64,000 nt of DNA from Cellulophaga sp. GTDB taxonomy: Bacteria; Bacteroidota; Bacteroidia; Flavobacteriales; Flavobacteriaceae. Within the stretch, counting starts at the first letter, position 1. Every line of letters starts with the position of its first letter. The notes under the pieces were generated by a model that did not search any database, had not been told where the DNA came from, and saw only the letters and a program-made list of their open reading frames with translations. The stretch spans positions 20,617-84,616 of the forward strand of contig JANQTG010000143.1 in NCBI GenBank assembly GCA_030731855.1, read 5' to 3'. This document shows, piece after piece, positions 29,002-39,346 of the stretch. The translations under genes and the position numbers were made by a program.

Positions 29002-29523
29002 CTATTTTTCTGAAATATTGATTTCGACTGCACCTGTCTCTGCTAATAATTGCATCAATGCGTCTTCGTTGTCATGAACCTCTATTTCCATTAAAAAATG
29101 ATCATCTGTTGTTCTTTTATCAGGATTCTCTGCTTGTTTAAATGGCCACAATCTGCTTCTCATATAAAATGTAATTACCATTAAATGCGCTGCAAAAAAG
29201 ATGGTAAGCTCGAACATTATAGGCACAAAAGCCGGCATATTTTCTATATAACTAAAGCTTGGTTTACCCCCAATATCCATAGGCCAATCCTCGATCATCA
29301 TATAATTCATCATGGTAATCGCCACAGATAAACCAATACAACCATAAATGAATGCTGTTATTGCTAATCTCGTTGAACTAAGACCCATTGCCTTGTCTAG
29401 TCCATGGACTGGAAAAGGACAATATACTTCTTCTATATGATGTTTCGCCTCTTTTACTTTTTTAACGGCATGCATAAGCACATCATCGTCTGTATAAAAT
29501 GCATGTATAACTTTAGATGCCAT
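29002..29523 (-). CDS. actD: Alternative complex III subunit ActD (DUF3341)
   Basis: YCPFPVHGLDKAMGL, IGGKP, P..FELTI.FAAH. Confidence 0.92.
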   Translation of the reverse strand: MASKVIHAFYTDDDVLMHAVKKVKEAKHHIEEVYCPFPVHGLDKAMGLSSTRLAITAFIYGCIGLSVAITMMNYMMIEDWPMDIGGKPSFSYIENMPAFVPIMFELTIFFAAHLMVITFYMRSRLWPFKQAENPDKRTTDDHFLMEIEVHDNEDALMQLLAETGAVEINISEK

Positions 29524-29525
29524 AT

Positions 29526-31253
29526 CTACTTATTATTATTTAAAATTTTAGCTTGACCTGCCCAATCGTCTCTTTGCGCCCTTCCTGGGAAAGTACCCGT
29601 AATTGCGTCTAACAAATCATACTCTTTTTCGCTCATTTTACTCACCTGAGAAAATTTAAAAATACCCAACTGGTTTAAAGTATTCTCCATTTGAGGACCA
29701 ACACCTTTGACCAATTTAAGATCATCTGGTGTTTCAGTTGTTGGATCAAAAACCCCTATAGAACTAAGCAAAGATGAAACCTTATCCTTATCAGTGTCTG
29801 GGGGAAGTGACTTTTCTTCTATAATCTTATTTTTTATTACAACCGTATTTTTGATTTCGTAAAGTGGCTTTCCAGCATCACGCAATAATTTATACTTTTC
29901 ACTAGAAGACTTCATAATCGATTTTACTTCCGCTTGAGCAATCACCGGGAATGTTCTAGCATACAATAAGAATAACACAAAAAAGAATCCTATGGTTCCT
30001 ACAAAAATACCTATATCTACAAACGTTGGTGAAAACATGGTCCACGAGGATGGCAAATAATCACGGTGTAATGACGTTACAATAATTACAAAACGCTCAA
30101 ACCACATCCCAATATTAACAACAATAGAAATTGCAAAAGAAAACATGATACTTGTTCTTAACCTTTTAGACCACATGAATTGGGGTGAAAATACGTTACA
30201 AGTCATCATCGCCCAATATGCCCAAGCATAAGGACCCGTTGCTCTATTTAAAAATGCGTATTGTTCGTATTCAACACCTGAATACCAAGCCATGAACAAT
30301 TCTGTTATGTACGCACAACCAACTATAGACCCTGTCAACATAATTACTATGTTCATTAACTCAATATGCTGTATAGTAATATAATCTTCTAAGTTACACA
30401 CCTTACGCATAATGATAAGCAAGGTATTTACCATGGCAAAACCCGAGAATATAGCTCCTGCCACAAAGTATGGAGGAAAAATTGTCGTATGCCATCCTGG
30501 TATTATCGACGTAGCAAAATCGAAAGATACAATAGTATGTACAGAAAGTACTAATGGTGTTGCTAAGCCTGCTAGCACCAAAGAAACCTCTTCAAAACGT
30601 TGCCAATCTTTAGCTCTACCTGACCATCCAAAACTTAGTAAAGCATAGATTTTTTTCTGGAACGGCCTAACCGCCCTATCTCTAATCATTGCAAAATCCG
30701 GTAGTAAACCTGTCCACCAAAAAACTAATGAAACCGATAAATACGTTGAGATAGCAAATACATCCCAAAGCAAAGGGGAGTTAAAATTTACCCAAAGTGA
30801 TCCAAATTGGTTTGGTATAGGTAAAACCCAATACGCTAACCAAGGGCGACCCATGTGAATAATTGGAAACAAACCTGCTTGTACTACCGAAAAAATTGTC
30901 ATAGCCTCCGCAGAACGGTTAATGGCCATTCTCCATTTTTGACGGAACAATAAAAGTACCGCAGAAATTAACGTTCCTGCGTGACCAATACCAACCCACC
31001 AAACGAAGTTAGTAATATCCCAGGCCCAACCGACAGTTTTATTTAATCCCCAAGTACCAATTCCTGTAGATACGGTATAAATAATACATCCAATACCCCA
31101 AAGAAATGCTACTAATGCTATAGAAAAAACAATCCACCATTGTTTGTTGGCTTTTCCTTCAACCGGACGAGCGATATCCACCGAAATATCGTGGTAGCTC
31201 TTGTTTCCAAGTACTAAAGGTTTTCTAATAGGTGCTTCGTAATGCGACGCCAT
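29526..31253 (-). CDS. actC: Alternative complex III quinol-oxidising subunit ActC (NrfD family) with C-terminal HhH/H3TH-like extension
   Basis: WDITNFVWWVGIGHAGTLISA, SVHTIVSFDFA, WFERFVII; extra tail of about 110 aa. Confidence 0.93.
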   Translation of the reverse strand: MASHYEAPIRKPLVLGNKSYHDISVDIARPVEGKANKQWWIVFSIALVAFLWGIGCIIYTVSTGIGTWGLNKTVGWAWDITNFVWWVGIGHAGTLISAVLLLFRQKWRMAINRSAEAMTIFSVVQAGLFPIIHMGRPWLAYWVLPIPNQFGSLWVNFNSPLLWDVFAISTYLSVSLVFWWTGLLPDFAMIRDRAVRPFQKKIYALLSFGWSGRAKDWQRFEEVSLVLAGLATPLVLSVHTIVSFDFATSIIPGWHTTIFPPYFVAGAIFSGFAMVNTLLIIMRKVCNLEDYITIQHIELMNIVIMLTGSIVGCAYITELFMAWYSGVEYEQYAFLNRATGPYAWAYWAMMTCNVFSPQFMWSKRLRTSIMFSFAISIVVNIGMWFERFVIIVTSLHRDYLPSSWTMFSPTFVDIGIFVGTIGFFFVLFLLYARTFPVIAQAEVKSIMKSSSEKYKLLRDAGKPLYEIKNTVVIKNKIIEEKSLPPDTDKDKVSSLLSSIGVFDPTTETPDDLKLVKGVGPQMENTLNQLGIFKFSQVSKMSEKEYDLLDAITGTFPGRAQRDDWAGQAKILNNNK

Positions 31254-31288
31254 ATTTTATAGTATAGTTACGTTGATCTTAATTATTT

Positions 31289-34200
31289 TTATGCTTCTTC
31301 TGTATTTCTCACTTTAACATGATAGAACACATTTGGTTTTGTACCTACGTATTCTAACAAATGATACATACGATTACTCTCTTTAAGATCAGCTATTTTA
31401 CTGTCTTTATCATTTATATCCCCAAATGCCATTGCACCGTTGTTACAAGCCGAAGAACATGCTGTATTAAACTCACCATCTTCTATAACTCGTCCGTCAC
31501 GTTTAGCATCAAGAATAGTTTTTTGCGTTTTTTGAATACACATAGAACATTTTTCCATTACCCCTCTTGAACGCACCGTAACGTCTGGATTAATAACCAT
31601 TTTACCTAGATCATTATTCATATGATAATCGAACTCGTCATTATTATTATATAAGAACCAATTAAATCTACGTACTTTATAAGGACAGTTGTTAGCGCAA
31701 TATCTAGTTCCTACACAACGGTTATATGCCATATGATTTTGACCCTGACGACTATGTGTAGTTGCAGCAACAGGACAAACAGTTTCACAAGGCGCATGGT
31801 TACAATGTTGACACATTACCGGTTGAAAAGCAACCTGAGGATTTAATGAAGGATCTTCTAATTCACCAAAACCACTTAAAGAACCTTTATCCCCAGTAAG
31901 TCCATCAAATTCCGTTTTCTTATCAATATCTTGTTCAAAAGTATCTTCCGAAGAGTAATATCTATCGATACGCAACCAATGCATATCTCTAGATAATCTT
32001 ATTTCTTTTTTACCAACTACAGGAACATTATTTTCGGCATGACAAGCTATAACACAAGCCCCACAACCAGTACAAGCATTTAAATCTATCGATAAATTAA
32101 AATGATGCCCTATTGAACGGTCAAAACCCTCCCATAAATCTACTGATGCCGCAGGTACTTCTTGATGATCTAAGGAAACCATTGGTTTTTTATTCCAATG
32201 TTCAGCATCTTTGGTATTAAAAATCTCTAAAGTAGTCTCTTTTATGATATCTTCTCTACCCATTAAAGTCTTTTGCAACTGTACACAGGCAAACTCATGA
32301 TTTCCTTCCGACTTCTCGATAGTAACTTCTTGTGTAGTTGAAAAATTTTGATACAAAGGATATGCATTTACACCCGTTTGCATTTCAGATTTCATACCCT
32401 CAGTTTTACCATAGCCAAAAGATAAGCCTATAGTGCCAATAGCCTGACCTGGTTGGATAATCACTGGAACATTTTCAACTGAAACTCCGTTAACCGTCAC
32501 TTTAGCATAGCTACCATCCAATCCTCCGTTAGCCACATGATCATTTACAAATCCTAACTTCTCAGCATCCGTTTTAGATACAGTAACATAGTTATCCCAA
32601 GAAACTCTTGTAATAGGATCTGGAAACTCTTGCAACCACGGGTTATTAGCCATTTGACCATCACCCATACCAACTTTAGAATATAAAGTTAACTCCATAT
32701 TGGCTGCGGTTGTACTTGCTAAATCCCGAAGTGCAGAAGCTAAAGGCACAGCAGGAATCTCCGCTGCTGAAGTCTCACTTTCAAGCGGATTTAATATCCC
32801 AATTAAAGAAGTTTTAACATCACTTAAAATAGTATTCGGAACAGAAAAAACTCCATCATGCAAAGCAACGTTCCAATCACTTTCACCTAAGATAGATGTT
32901 GTCCAAGTTTCTTTAATATAATCATAATAAGTCTTATCGCTTCCCATCCACTTTAAAAGTGAAGATTGAAACTGACGGGTATCAAATAATTCTTTTATAG
33001 TAGGCTGCATTAAACCATAATGCCCTTTTTTAATTTGAACGTCACCCCAAGATTCTAAAAAGTATGAACTAGCAGCAACGTACTGTGACACCAAAGTAGT
33101 TTCATTAACATTTGTAGAAAAACAAACCGAAACACCTACAGAAGCTAATCCTTCATTAAAGTCACTTGCATTAGGCAGGGAATATGAAGGGTTAACACCA
33201 TCCATAAATAAAACACCTACTCTACCAGCCTTCATATCTGCAACTAAAGAATTTACACCCTTTACATTACCTTGTCTTGTATATTTAGGTGCCACCGTAT
33301 CAAAAGCAGCACTCTTAATTTGTTCGTTTATCGCTAAAACAACGGCTTGAGCATTTTCATCATCTAAACCAGTAACAATAACTGCTTTAGAACCTGCACT
33401 CTTGATTTGAGCAGCAGCAGATGTAACGGCATTAGAAGCACTTTCGCTTAAAGTTCCTCCAGCGGATGTATTATTTAATATAGCATATAATTTAGCTAGT
33501 GCTACTTTTTGCTCACTTGGCTTCAGAGGGACTCTTTTATCTGCGTTAGCTCCGCTTAAAGTCATATTGGCTTCAAACTGAATATGTCTAGACATTTTGC
33601 CATTCTGCGGTATTCTTCCCTTAGAGTAGCCACTATCAAAACCTCCACCTTGCCAATCGCCTAAAATGTCTGCCCCAAAAGAAACAATCAGTTCTGCTTT
33701 CGAAAAATCATAATCAACTAAAGCCCTTTCTCCATATTTCGCCTGAAAGGCATTTAAAGCAGCATCTTCAGATATTGCATCATACGTTATGTGATTTACA
33801 TTTGCGTATGCTTCTTTAAATTCATTTACTAATCTGGTTGTAGAAGGGCTAGCGTATGTTTGGGTTAAAAAAACAATTTGCTTTCCGCTATTTTTAGCCG
33901 AATTTAAGCCCGCAATTACAGCTGCATCTAGATCACTCCAGTCAATAGCCTCACCGTTTTGCATAGGACCCTGCAAACGGGTGCTATCATACAAACCTAA
34001 AACTGATGCATTTACTCTTGCATTAGCTCCACCGTTAACTTTAGCGTATTTATTATTTAAGATAGAAATAGGCCTGCCTTCTCTTGTTCTTACCAAAACG
34101 CTAGAAAAATCAAAACCATTAGCTATAGTGGTAGCATAAAAGTTAGCTACCCCAGGAACAATACTTTCTGGTTGCACTACATAAGGAATAGATTTCACCA

Positions 34201-34423
34201 CCGGTCCTTGACATGCTGCTAATGTTGCAGCAGCTGTACTAAACCCCACATATTTCAAGAAATCCCTTCTGTTTGTTGATGAAGAAGACAAGTTTTCTTT
34301 ATCTCCTAAAAATTCATCTACAGGAATATCTTGAACGAACTCATTCTGTCTTAGCGTCTCAACAATGGAATCGTTAGGATTTAACTCCGCTTCACTTTTC
34401 CAATATTTTTTGTTTGATGCCAT
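31289..34423 (-). CDS. actB: Alternative complex III subunit ActB (molybdopterin-oxidoreductase-like plus Fe-S domain)
   Basis: KKYWKS start, twin-Arg RRDFLK, C-terminal CTGCGACVIAC, CQHCNHAPCETVCP, CVGTRYCANNCP, EKCSMC. Confidence 0.95.
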   Translation of the reverse strand: MASNKKYWKSEAELNPNDSIVETLRQNEFVQDIPVDEFLGDKENLSSSSTNRRDFLKYVGFSTAAATLAACQGPVVKSIPYVVQPESIVPGVANFYATTIANGFDFSSVLVRTREGRPISILNNKYAKVNGGANARVNASVLGLYDSTRLQGPMQNGEAIDWSDLDAAVIAGLNSAKNSGKQIVFLTQTYASPSTTRLVNEFKEAYANVNHITYDAISEDAALNAFQAKYGERALVDYDFSKAELIVSFGADILGDWQGGGFDSGYSKGRIPQNGKMSRHIQFEANMTLSGANADKRVPLKPSEQKVALAKLYAILNNTSAGGTLSESASNAVTSAAAQIKSAGSKAVIVTGLDDENAQAVVLAINEQIKSAAFDTVAPKYTRQGNVKGVNSLVADMKAGRVGVLFMDGVNPSYSLPNASDFNEGLASVGVSVCFSTNVNETTLVSQYVAASSYFLESWGDVQIKKGHYGLMQPTIKELFDTRQFQSSLLKWMGSDKTYYDYIKETWTTSILGESDWNVALHDGVFSVPNTILSDVKTSLIGILNPLESETSAAEIPAVPLASALRDLASTTAANMELTLYSKVGMGDGQMANNPWLQEFPDPITRVSWDNYVTVSKTDAEKLGFVNDHVANGGLDGSYAKVTVNGVSVENVPVIIQPGQAIGTIGLSFGYGKTEGMKSEMQTGVNAYPLYQNFSTTQEVTIEKSEGNHEFACVQLQKTLMGREDIIKETTLEIFNTKDAEHWNKKPMVSLDHQEVPAASVDLWEGFDRSIGHHFNLSIDLNACTGCGACVIACHAENNVPVVGKKEIRLSRDMHWLRIDRYYSSEDTFEQDIDKKTEFDGLTGDKGSLSGFGELEDPSLNPQVAFQPVMCQHCNHAPCETVCPVAATTHSRQGQNHMAYNRCVGTRYCANNCPYKVRRFNWFLYNNNDEFDYHMNNDLGKMVINPDVTVRSRGVMEKCSMCIQKTQKTILDAKRDGRVIEDGEFNTACSSACNNGAMAFGDINDKDSKIADLKESNRMYHLLEYVGTKPNVFYHVKVRNTEEA

Positions 34424-34459
34424 AAATATATCTATGAAATTATCTTCTTTGTTATTATT

Positions 34460-35794
34460 TTAATAGTGACACTTACCACATTCCAATCCACCCATTTGAG
34501 CAGCTGTTAATGTTTCTACGCCATACTTTTTGGATAGTTCTGAATGAATTTTGTCATAGTATTCATTACCCTCTACTTTAACATTCGTTTCTCTGTGGCA
34601 ATTAATACACCACCCCATTGTTAAGGGAGAATATTGATACATAATTTCCATCTCTTCAACTGGACCATGACACGTTTGACACTCAATACCACCGACTGTT
34701 ACGTGTTGAGAATGGTTAAAGTAAGCATAGTCTGGCAAGTTGTGAATCCTTACCCACTCTACAGGTTTTGATTCTCCAGTATATTTCTGATTTTCCTCAT
34801 CCCAACCTACAGCAGCGTATAATTTTTTAATTTCTCCTGTATAGAACTCGTTGGTATACCCATTCGCCAAGTCTTCTTGGGTAGGCCCTTCAGGATTACC
34901 CTTATACTCGTAGATAGACTTATGACAATTCATACAAACATTCAAAGAAGGTATTCCAGAATGTTTAGAAACTCTTGCAGATGAATGGCAATATTGACAT
35001 TCGATTTTATTAGCACCTGCATGTATTTTGTGTGAATAATGTATTGGTTGTATGGGCGCATAACCTTGGTCAACACCAACTTGCATCATCCAACCATATG
35101 CAAAATATGCACTTCCTAATATTAGAAAAAGAACAGTTACTAAAACTAAAAACTGATTTTGAGCAAAAGCCTTCCATATAGGCGTTCTTTTTTCAGAAAT
35201 CTCTTTTTCGATGACAACACCACTAGCTTCAGCTATTCTTCGTAATGTTTTGTTTACCATAAACAACATCATCACTAAAAGCCCAAAAACTAACAACAGA
35301 GCACCTAAAACTATTTCGTTTGATAAACCTCCGGGAGCAGCAGCACCATCTACAAGAGCAGGCCCAGCAGCAACAACAGGAGCAGGTGGAGGTGCAGAAG
35401 TATACGCCAAAATATCATCGATATCAGTGTTTGATAACGTTGGGAAAGCTGTCATTGCAGCCTTATTATATTCGTTATAAATCTTGTTTGCATAAGCGTC
35501 GCCAGAAGCGATAAGTCCTGCACTATTTTTAATCCATGCATACATCCACTCTCGATCTAATCCTTCGTCAGCTGCAAGTCTTTCAGCAACATTTGCGAGA
35601 GCAGGTCCTGTCATTTTTTTATTTAAAGCATGACAAGCTGCGCAATTCTGATTAAACAAAGATTTACCTTTTGCAGGATCAGCAGCAGAAGCAACTTCAT
35701 CTTGTGAAAAAAGACTTGTTGAAAACAAAAGTCCAATTAACAAACTGACACCTAAAAATTTAGAAAATTGATTGCGGTACGTAACCTTTTTCAT
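34460..35794 (-). CDS. actA: Alternative complex III multiheme cytochrome ActA (start could be the upstream ATG at 35815)
   Basis: Six CXXCH motifs: CAACH in the N-terminal domain, then CQYCH, CMNCH, CQTCH, CINCH, CGKCH. Confidence 0.94.
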   Translation of the reverse strand: MKKVTYRNQFSKFLGVSLLIGLLFSTSLFSQDEVASAADPAKGKSLFNQNCAACHALNKKMTGPALANVAERLAADEGLDREWMYAWIKNSAGLIASGDAYANKIYNEYNKAAMTAFPTLSNTDIDDILAYTSAPPPAPVVAAGPALVDGAAAPGGLSNEIVLGALLLVFGLLVMMLFMVNKTLRRIAEASGVVIEKEISEKRTPIWKAFAQNQFLVLVTVLFLILGSAYFAYGWMMQVGVDQGYAPIQPIHYSHKIHAGANKIECQYCHSSARVSKHSGIPSLNVCMNCHKSIYEYKGNPEGPTQEDLANGYTNEFYTGEIKKLYAAVGWDEENQKYTGESKPVEWVRIHNLPDYAYFNHSQHVTVGGIECQTCHGPVEEMEIMYQYSPLTMGWCINCHRETNVKVEGNEYYDKIHSELSKKYGVETLTAAQMGGLECGKCHY

Positions 35795-35878
35795 ATTAAA
35801 ATTGTTTCTTAACATTTCCTAGCGTGTATTTAATAATCGTGTTTGAGTACAAACTAAACCTCACTCAGAAATCGAATA

Positions 35879-35886
35879 CAAAAATA
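35879..35886 (-). promoter_or_regulatory. -7 promoter element (TATTTTTG) for the act-cox operon
   Basis: Matches TAnnTTTG with TTCG 18 nt upstream. Confidence 0.55.
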
Positions 35887-36025
35887 CGACATAGACTTTA
35901 TTTGCGAAATGCAAAGGTATTTATAATTTATAATTTATAACTATTCTAAATAATAAAAGTTTGTTTTTCGCTAATCATTAAAAAATTACATTTGTAGCCT
36001 ATTCTTTTATGATAAAAAACAGATT

Positions 36026-36385
36026 ATGAAAATAGCTTTCAATATATTGATTTTCACCTTTTTCGGATATTACGCCAACGCACAAGTAGGTAACATCTCG
36101 ATTCAGCAAGATGATAGAATCAACAAATTAATAGATCTATATAAATCATTCGATGAAAGTACCGATGGGTATGAAATTCAGATTTATAATGGAATGTTCA
36201 ATACAGCCAATCAAAATAAAGCAAATTTTGAAAATGATTTCCCTGATTGGAAGTGCAAAATAGTGCATGTTGATGTTGATTACAGAGTACGAATCACAGG
36301 AATAAAAACAGCGCTTGAAGCACAAAGAAAATACAACGAAGTAAGAAAAAAATATCCAGCAGCAATAATTATTTCACCGAAGTAG
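36026..36385 (+). CDS. SPOR-domain exported protein
   Basis: Signal peptide; GYEIQIYNG...YRVRITG.KT.LEA...YP.AII pattern; upstream TACATTTG at 35987-35994. Confidence 0.8.
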   Translation: MKIAFNILIFTFFGYYANAQVGNISIQQDDRINKLIDLYKSFDESTDGYEIQIYNGMFNTANQNKANFENDFPDWKCKIVHVDVDYRVRITGIKTALEAQRKYNEVRKKYPAAIIISPK

Positions 36386-36413
36386 TTAGAGTTCGATAGT
36401 CAAAACTAAATTT

Positions 36414-36457
36414 TCAAACAAAAAAAGGAAGCCAATTGGCTTCCTTTTTTTGTTTGA
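36414..36457. terminator. Bidirectional terminator formed by a perfect 44-bp palindrome
   Basis: TCAAACAAAAAAAGGAAGCCAA|TTGGCTTCCTTTTTTTGTTTGA between the convergent SPOR gene and infB. Confidence 0.85.
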
Positions 36458-36471
36458 TATAAATGATATTT

Positions 36472-39303
36472 TTATTTCAACTTTTTCTTTACTGCTACTT
36501 CTTGGAAACCTTCAACAATATCTAGCTCTCTAATATCATTGTAGTTTTTAATTTGAAGTCCACAATCGTAGCCTTTAGATACTTCTTTGGCGTCATCTTT
36601 AAATCGTTTTAAAGAAGATAACTCGCCAGTAAAGACCACTACTCCATCACGAATTAAACGTATACCTGAATTTCTTAAGATTTTTCCACTAGTTACCATA
36701 CACCCGGCAATAGTACCAATTTTAGAAATTTTAAATGTTTCACGTATTTCAGCTGTACCTGTAATTTCTTCTTTAATTTCAGGAGAAAGCATCCCTTCCA
36801 TCGCATCTTTTAGATCATTGATAGCATCATAAATAATAGAATACATTCTAATATCTATTTCTTCGTTATCAGCAATCATTCTCGCATTACCCATTGGCCT
36901 CACATTGAAACCGATAATTACCGCATCAGAAGCCGATGCTAATAATACATCAGACTCTGTAATTGGCCCAACTGCTTTATGGATAATATTAACTTGAATT
37001 TCTGGCGTTGATAATTTTTGGAATGAATCTGTCAACGCTTCTACTGAACCATCTACATCACCTTTAAGGATGATATTTAATTCTTTAAAGTCTCCTAATG
37101 CAATACGTCTTCCTATTTCATCTAGCGTGATGTGTCGTTGTGTTCTAACAGACTGCTCACGTAACAATTGACCTCTTTTAGCAGCAATTTGTTTCGCTTC
37201 ACGCTCGTCTTCAAGAACGTTGAACTTATCTCCTGCCTGCGGAGCACCGTCTAAACCTAAAATTGAAATTGGTGTAGATGGCCCTGCAATTTTAACTATG
37301 TTTCCACGCTCATCTTGCATGGCTTTAATTTTACCACTACAAGTACCTGCCAATACATAATCTCCAATTTTTAATGTTCCAGATTGTACTAATACCGTAG
37401 AAACATACCCCCTACCTTTATCTAAAAATGCTTCAACCACAGTACCAGAGGCTAATTTGTTAGGATTAGCTTTTAGCTCTAATAATTCAGCTTCTAAAAG
37501 TACTTTTTCTAACAATTCTTTTACACCTTGTCCTGTTTTCGCTGAAATATCGTGAGATTGAATTTTTCCACCCCAATCTTCGACTAGCAAATTCATTTGT
37601 GCTAAACCGTCTTTAATCTTTTCTGGATTAGCGGTTGGTCTATCTATTTTATTTATCGCAAAAACAATTGGTACACCAGCTGCTTGTGCATGACTGATGG
37701 CTTCTTTAGTTTGAGGCATAATATCATCATCCGCTGCTACTACAATAATGGCAATATCGGTAACCTGAGCACCACGAGCACGCATTGCAGTAAAGGCTTC
37801 GTGACCTGGGGTATCTAAAAAGGCTATTTTTTGACCATTGTCTAAAGTAACACCGTAAGCACCAATGTGCTGCGTAATACCACCACTTTCGCCTGCGATA
37901 ACATTTTCTTTTCGGACATAATCTAATAAAGATGTTTTACCATGATCTACGTGACCCATTACCGTAACAATAGGAGCACGTTCTTGTAAATCTTCTGGAG
38001 CATCTATTTTCTCGATTATAGCTTCTTCAATTTCAGCAGAAACAAATTCTACTTCAAATCCGAATTCTTCTGCTACTATAGAAAGTGTTTCTGCATCTAG
38101 CCTTTGGTTCATGGTTACCATGATTCCTAATGACATACATGCTGAAATAATCTTAGTTGTCGGAACATCCATCATTGTTGCTACCTCGTTAGCAGTAACA
38201 AATTCGGTAACCTTTAAAATTTTATTATCAAGTTCTTGCTGTTCAAGATCTTTCTCTGTCTGTTGACGGTGTTGATCTCTTTTATCCCTTCTGTATTTAG
38301 CACCTTTTCCTTTTTTAGATTTACCTTGAAGTTTTTCTAAGGTTTCTCTAACTTGCTTTTGAACATCTTCTTCGGTAGGCTCAACTTTTGCAACAGGGTT
38401 AGCGCGTACAATTGGTCCTCTTCTATTTCCAGGCCCTGAATTTCCTCCAGGTCTGCTCGGTCTTGGACCCGCATTATTACCACCAGCATTTCCTTGTCCA
38501 GGAGCACTAACAATTCTTCTTCTTCTTTTCTTTTTATCAGCAGCATCGTTGCCAGATTTTGCTACTTCTTTCTTTTTCTTAGGCTTATCAAACTTAGAAA
38601 GATCTATCTTATCTCCTGTAATCTTAGGACCAGTTAGTTTTTTATACTGCGTAGTAAGCGTTTCTGATTCCGCAGGCTTTTCAACGTCTTCAACAGGAGC
38701 TACTTTTTCAGCCGCTTTAGCCTCAGCTTTCTCTTCTTTAACAGGAGGAACAACTTTAGCTTCTGGCTTTGGTTTGCTTTTTGCAGGAGATAAATCTATC
38801 TTATCGATAACTTTAAATTTTGGCCTTTCAGAAGATGCTTTAACCACTTCAACTTTAGGGAACTCAACTGCAGGCTGTGCAACAGGTTTTTCAACCCCAA
38901 CAACTTTTTCAGGAACTGGTGCTGGTTCTGGTTTTTTCTTATCTAAATCTATCTTACCGACAGTTTTAGGACCAGAAATTTCAGCTTTACCACGAACAAT
39001 CTGTTCAGAAGCGTTTTTCTTCTCTCTTTCGATTCTTCTATCCTCTTGCTCTTGTTCTAATTGCTGACGAATAGCTTCTTTTTCTTTTCTCTTTTCTTCA
39101 CCAACTTCTTTAGATGCAACTTTCTTGCTCATGTCTGTTTGGAAACCGTCCAACAAAACCTGATACACCTCATTAGAAATTTTAGTGGTAGGCCTTGCGT
39201 CCACATCGTGCCCTTTGGAACTCAGAAAATCTACCGCCCTATCGAGTGAAATATTCAGTTCCCTTAGGACTTTATTAAGCCTTATTGTTGCATTATCTGC
39301 CAT
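36472..39303 (-). CDS. infB: Translation initiation factor IF-2
   Basis: [36 protein letters not shown]. Confidence 0.99.
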   Translation of the reverse strand: MADNATIRLNKVLRELNISLDRAVDFLSSKGHDVDARPTTKISNEVYQVLLDGFQTDMSKKVASKEVGEEKRKEKEAIRQQLEQEQEDRRIEREKKNASEQIVRGKAEISGPKTVGKIDLDKKKPEPAPVPEKVVGVEKPVAQPAVEFPKVEVVKASSERPKFKVIDKIDLSPAKSKPKPEAKVVPPVKEEKAEAKAAEKVAPVEDVEKPAESETLTTQYKKLTGPKITGDKIDLSKFDKPKKKKEVAKSGNDAADKKKRRRRIVSAPGQGNAGGNNAGPRPSRPGGNSGPGNRRGPIVRANPVAKVEPTEEDVQKQVRETLEKLQGKSKKGKGAKYRRDKRDQHRQQTEKDLEQQELDNKILKVTEFVTANEVATMMDVPTTKIISACMSLGIMVTMNQRLDAETLSIVAEEFGFEVEFVSAEIEEAIIEKIDAPEDLQERAPIVTVMGHVDHGKTSLLDYVRKENVIAGESGGITQHIGAYGVTLDNGQKIAFLDTPGHEAFTAMRARGAQVTDIAIIVVAADDDIMPQTKEAISHAQAAGVPIVFAINKIDRPTANPEKIKDGLAQMNLLVEDWGGKIQSHDISAKTGQGVKELLEKVLLEAELLELKANPNKLASGTVVEAFLDKGRGYVSTVLVQSGTLKIGDYVLAGTCSGKIKAMQDERGNIVKIAGPSTPISILGLDGAPQAGDKFNVLEDEREAKQIAAKRGQLLREQSVRTQRHITLDEIGRRIALGDFKELNIILKGDVDGSVEALTDSFQKLSTPEIQVNIIHKAVGPITESDVLLASASDAVIIGFNVRPMGNARMIADNEEIDIRMYSIIYDAINDLKDAMEGMLSPEIKEEITGTAEIRETFKISKIGTIAGCMVTSGKILRNSGIRLIRDGVVVFTGELSSLKRFKDDAKEVSKGYDCGLQIKNYNDIRELDIVEGFQEVAVKKKLK

Positions 39304-39346
39304 AAATACCTGTTACTATACTTGAAATTTGTTGCTAATATATAGC

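Noticed and set aside
28989-29033. Apparent actD/actE overlap suggesting a frameshift
   Set aside because: Using ATG 28988 removes the overlap and yields a proper lipoprotein signal.
24164-35815. ACIII-aa3 operon and six-heme ActA as a novel system
   Set aside because: This architecture is already characterised in Flavobacterium; only the ActC tail is flagged.
36587-39249. ORFs within infB, including a 172-aa plus-strand ORF
   Set aside because: Shadows of the low-complexity IF-2 coding sequence.
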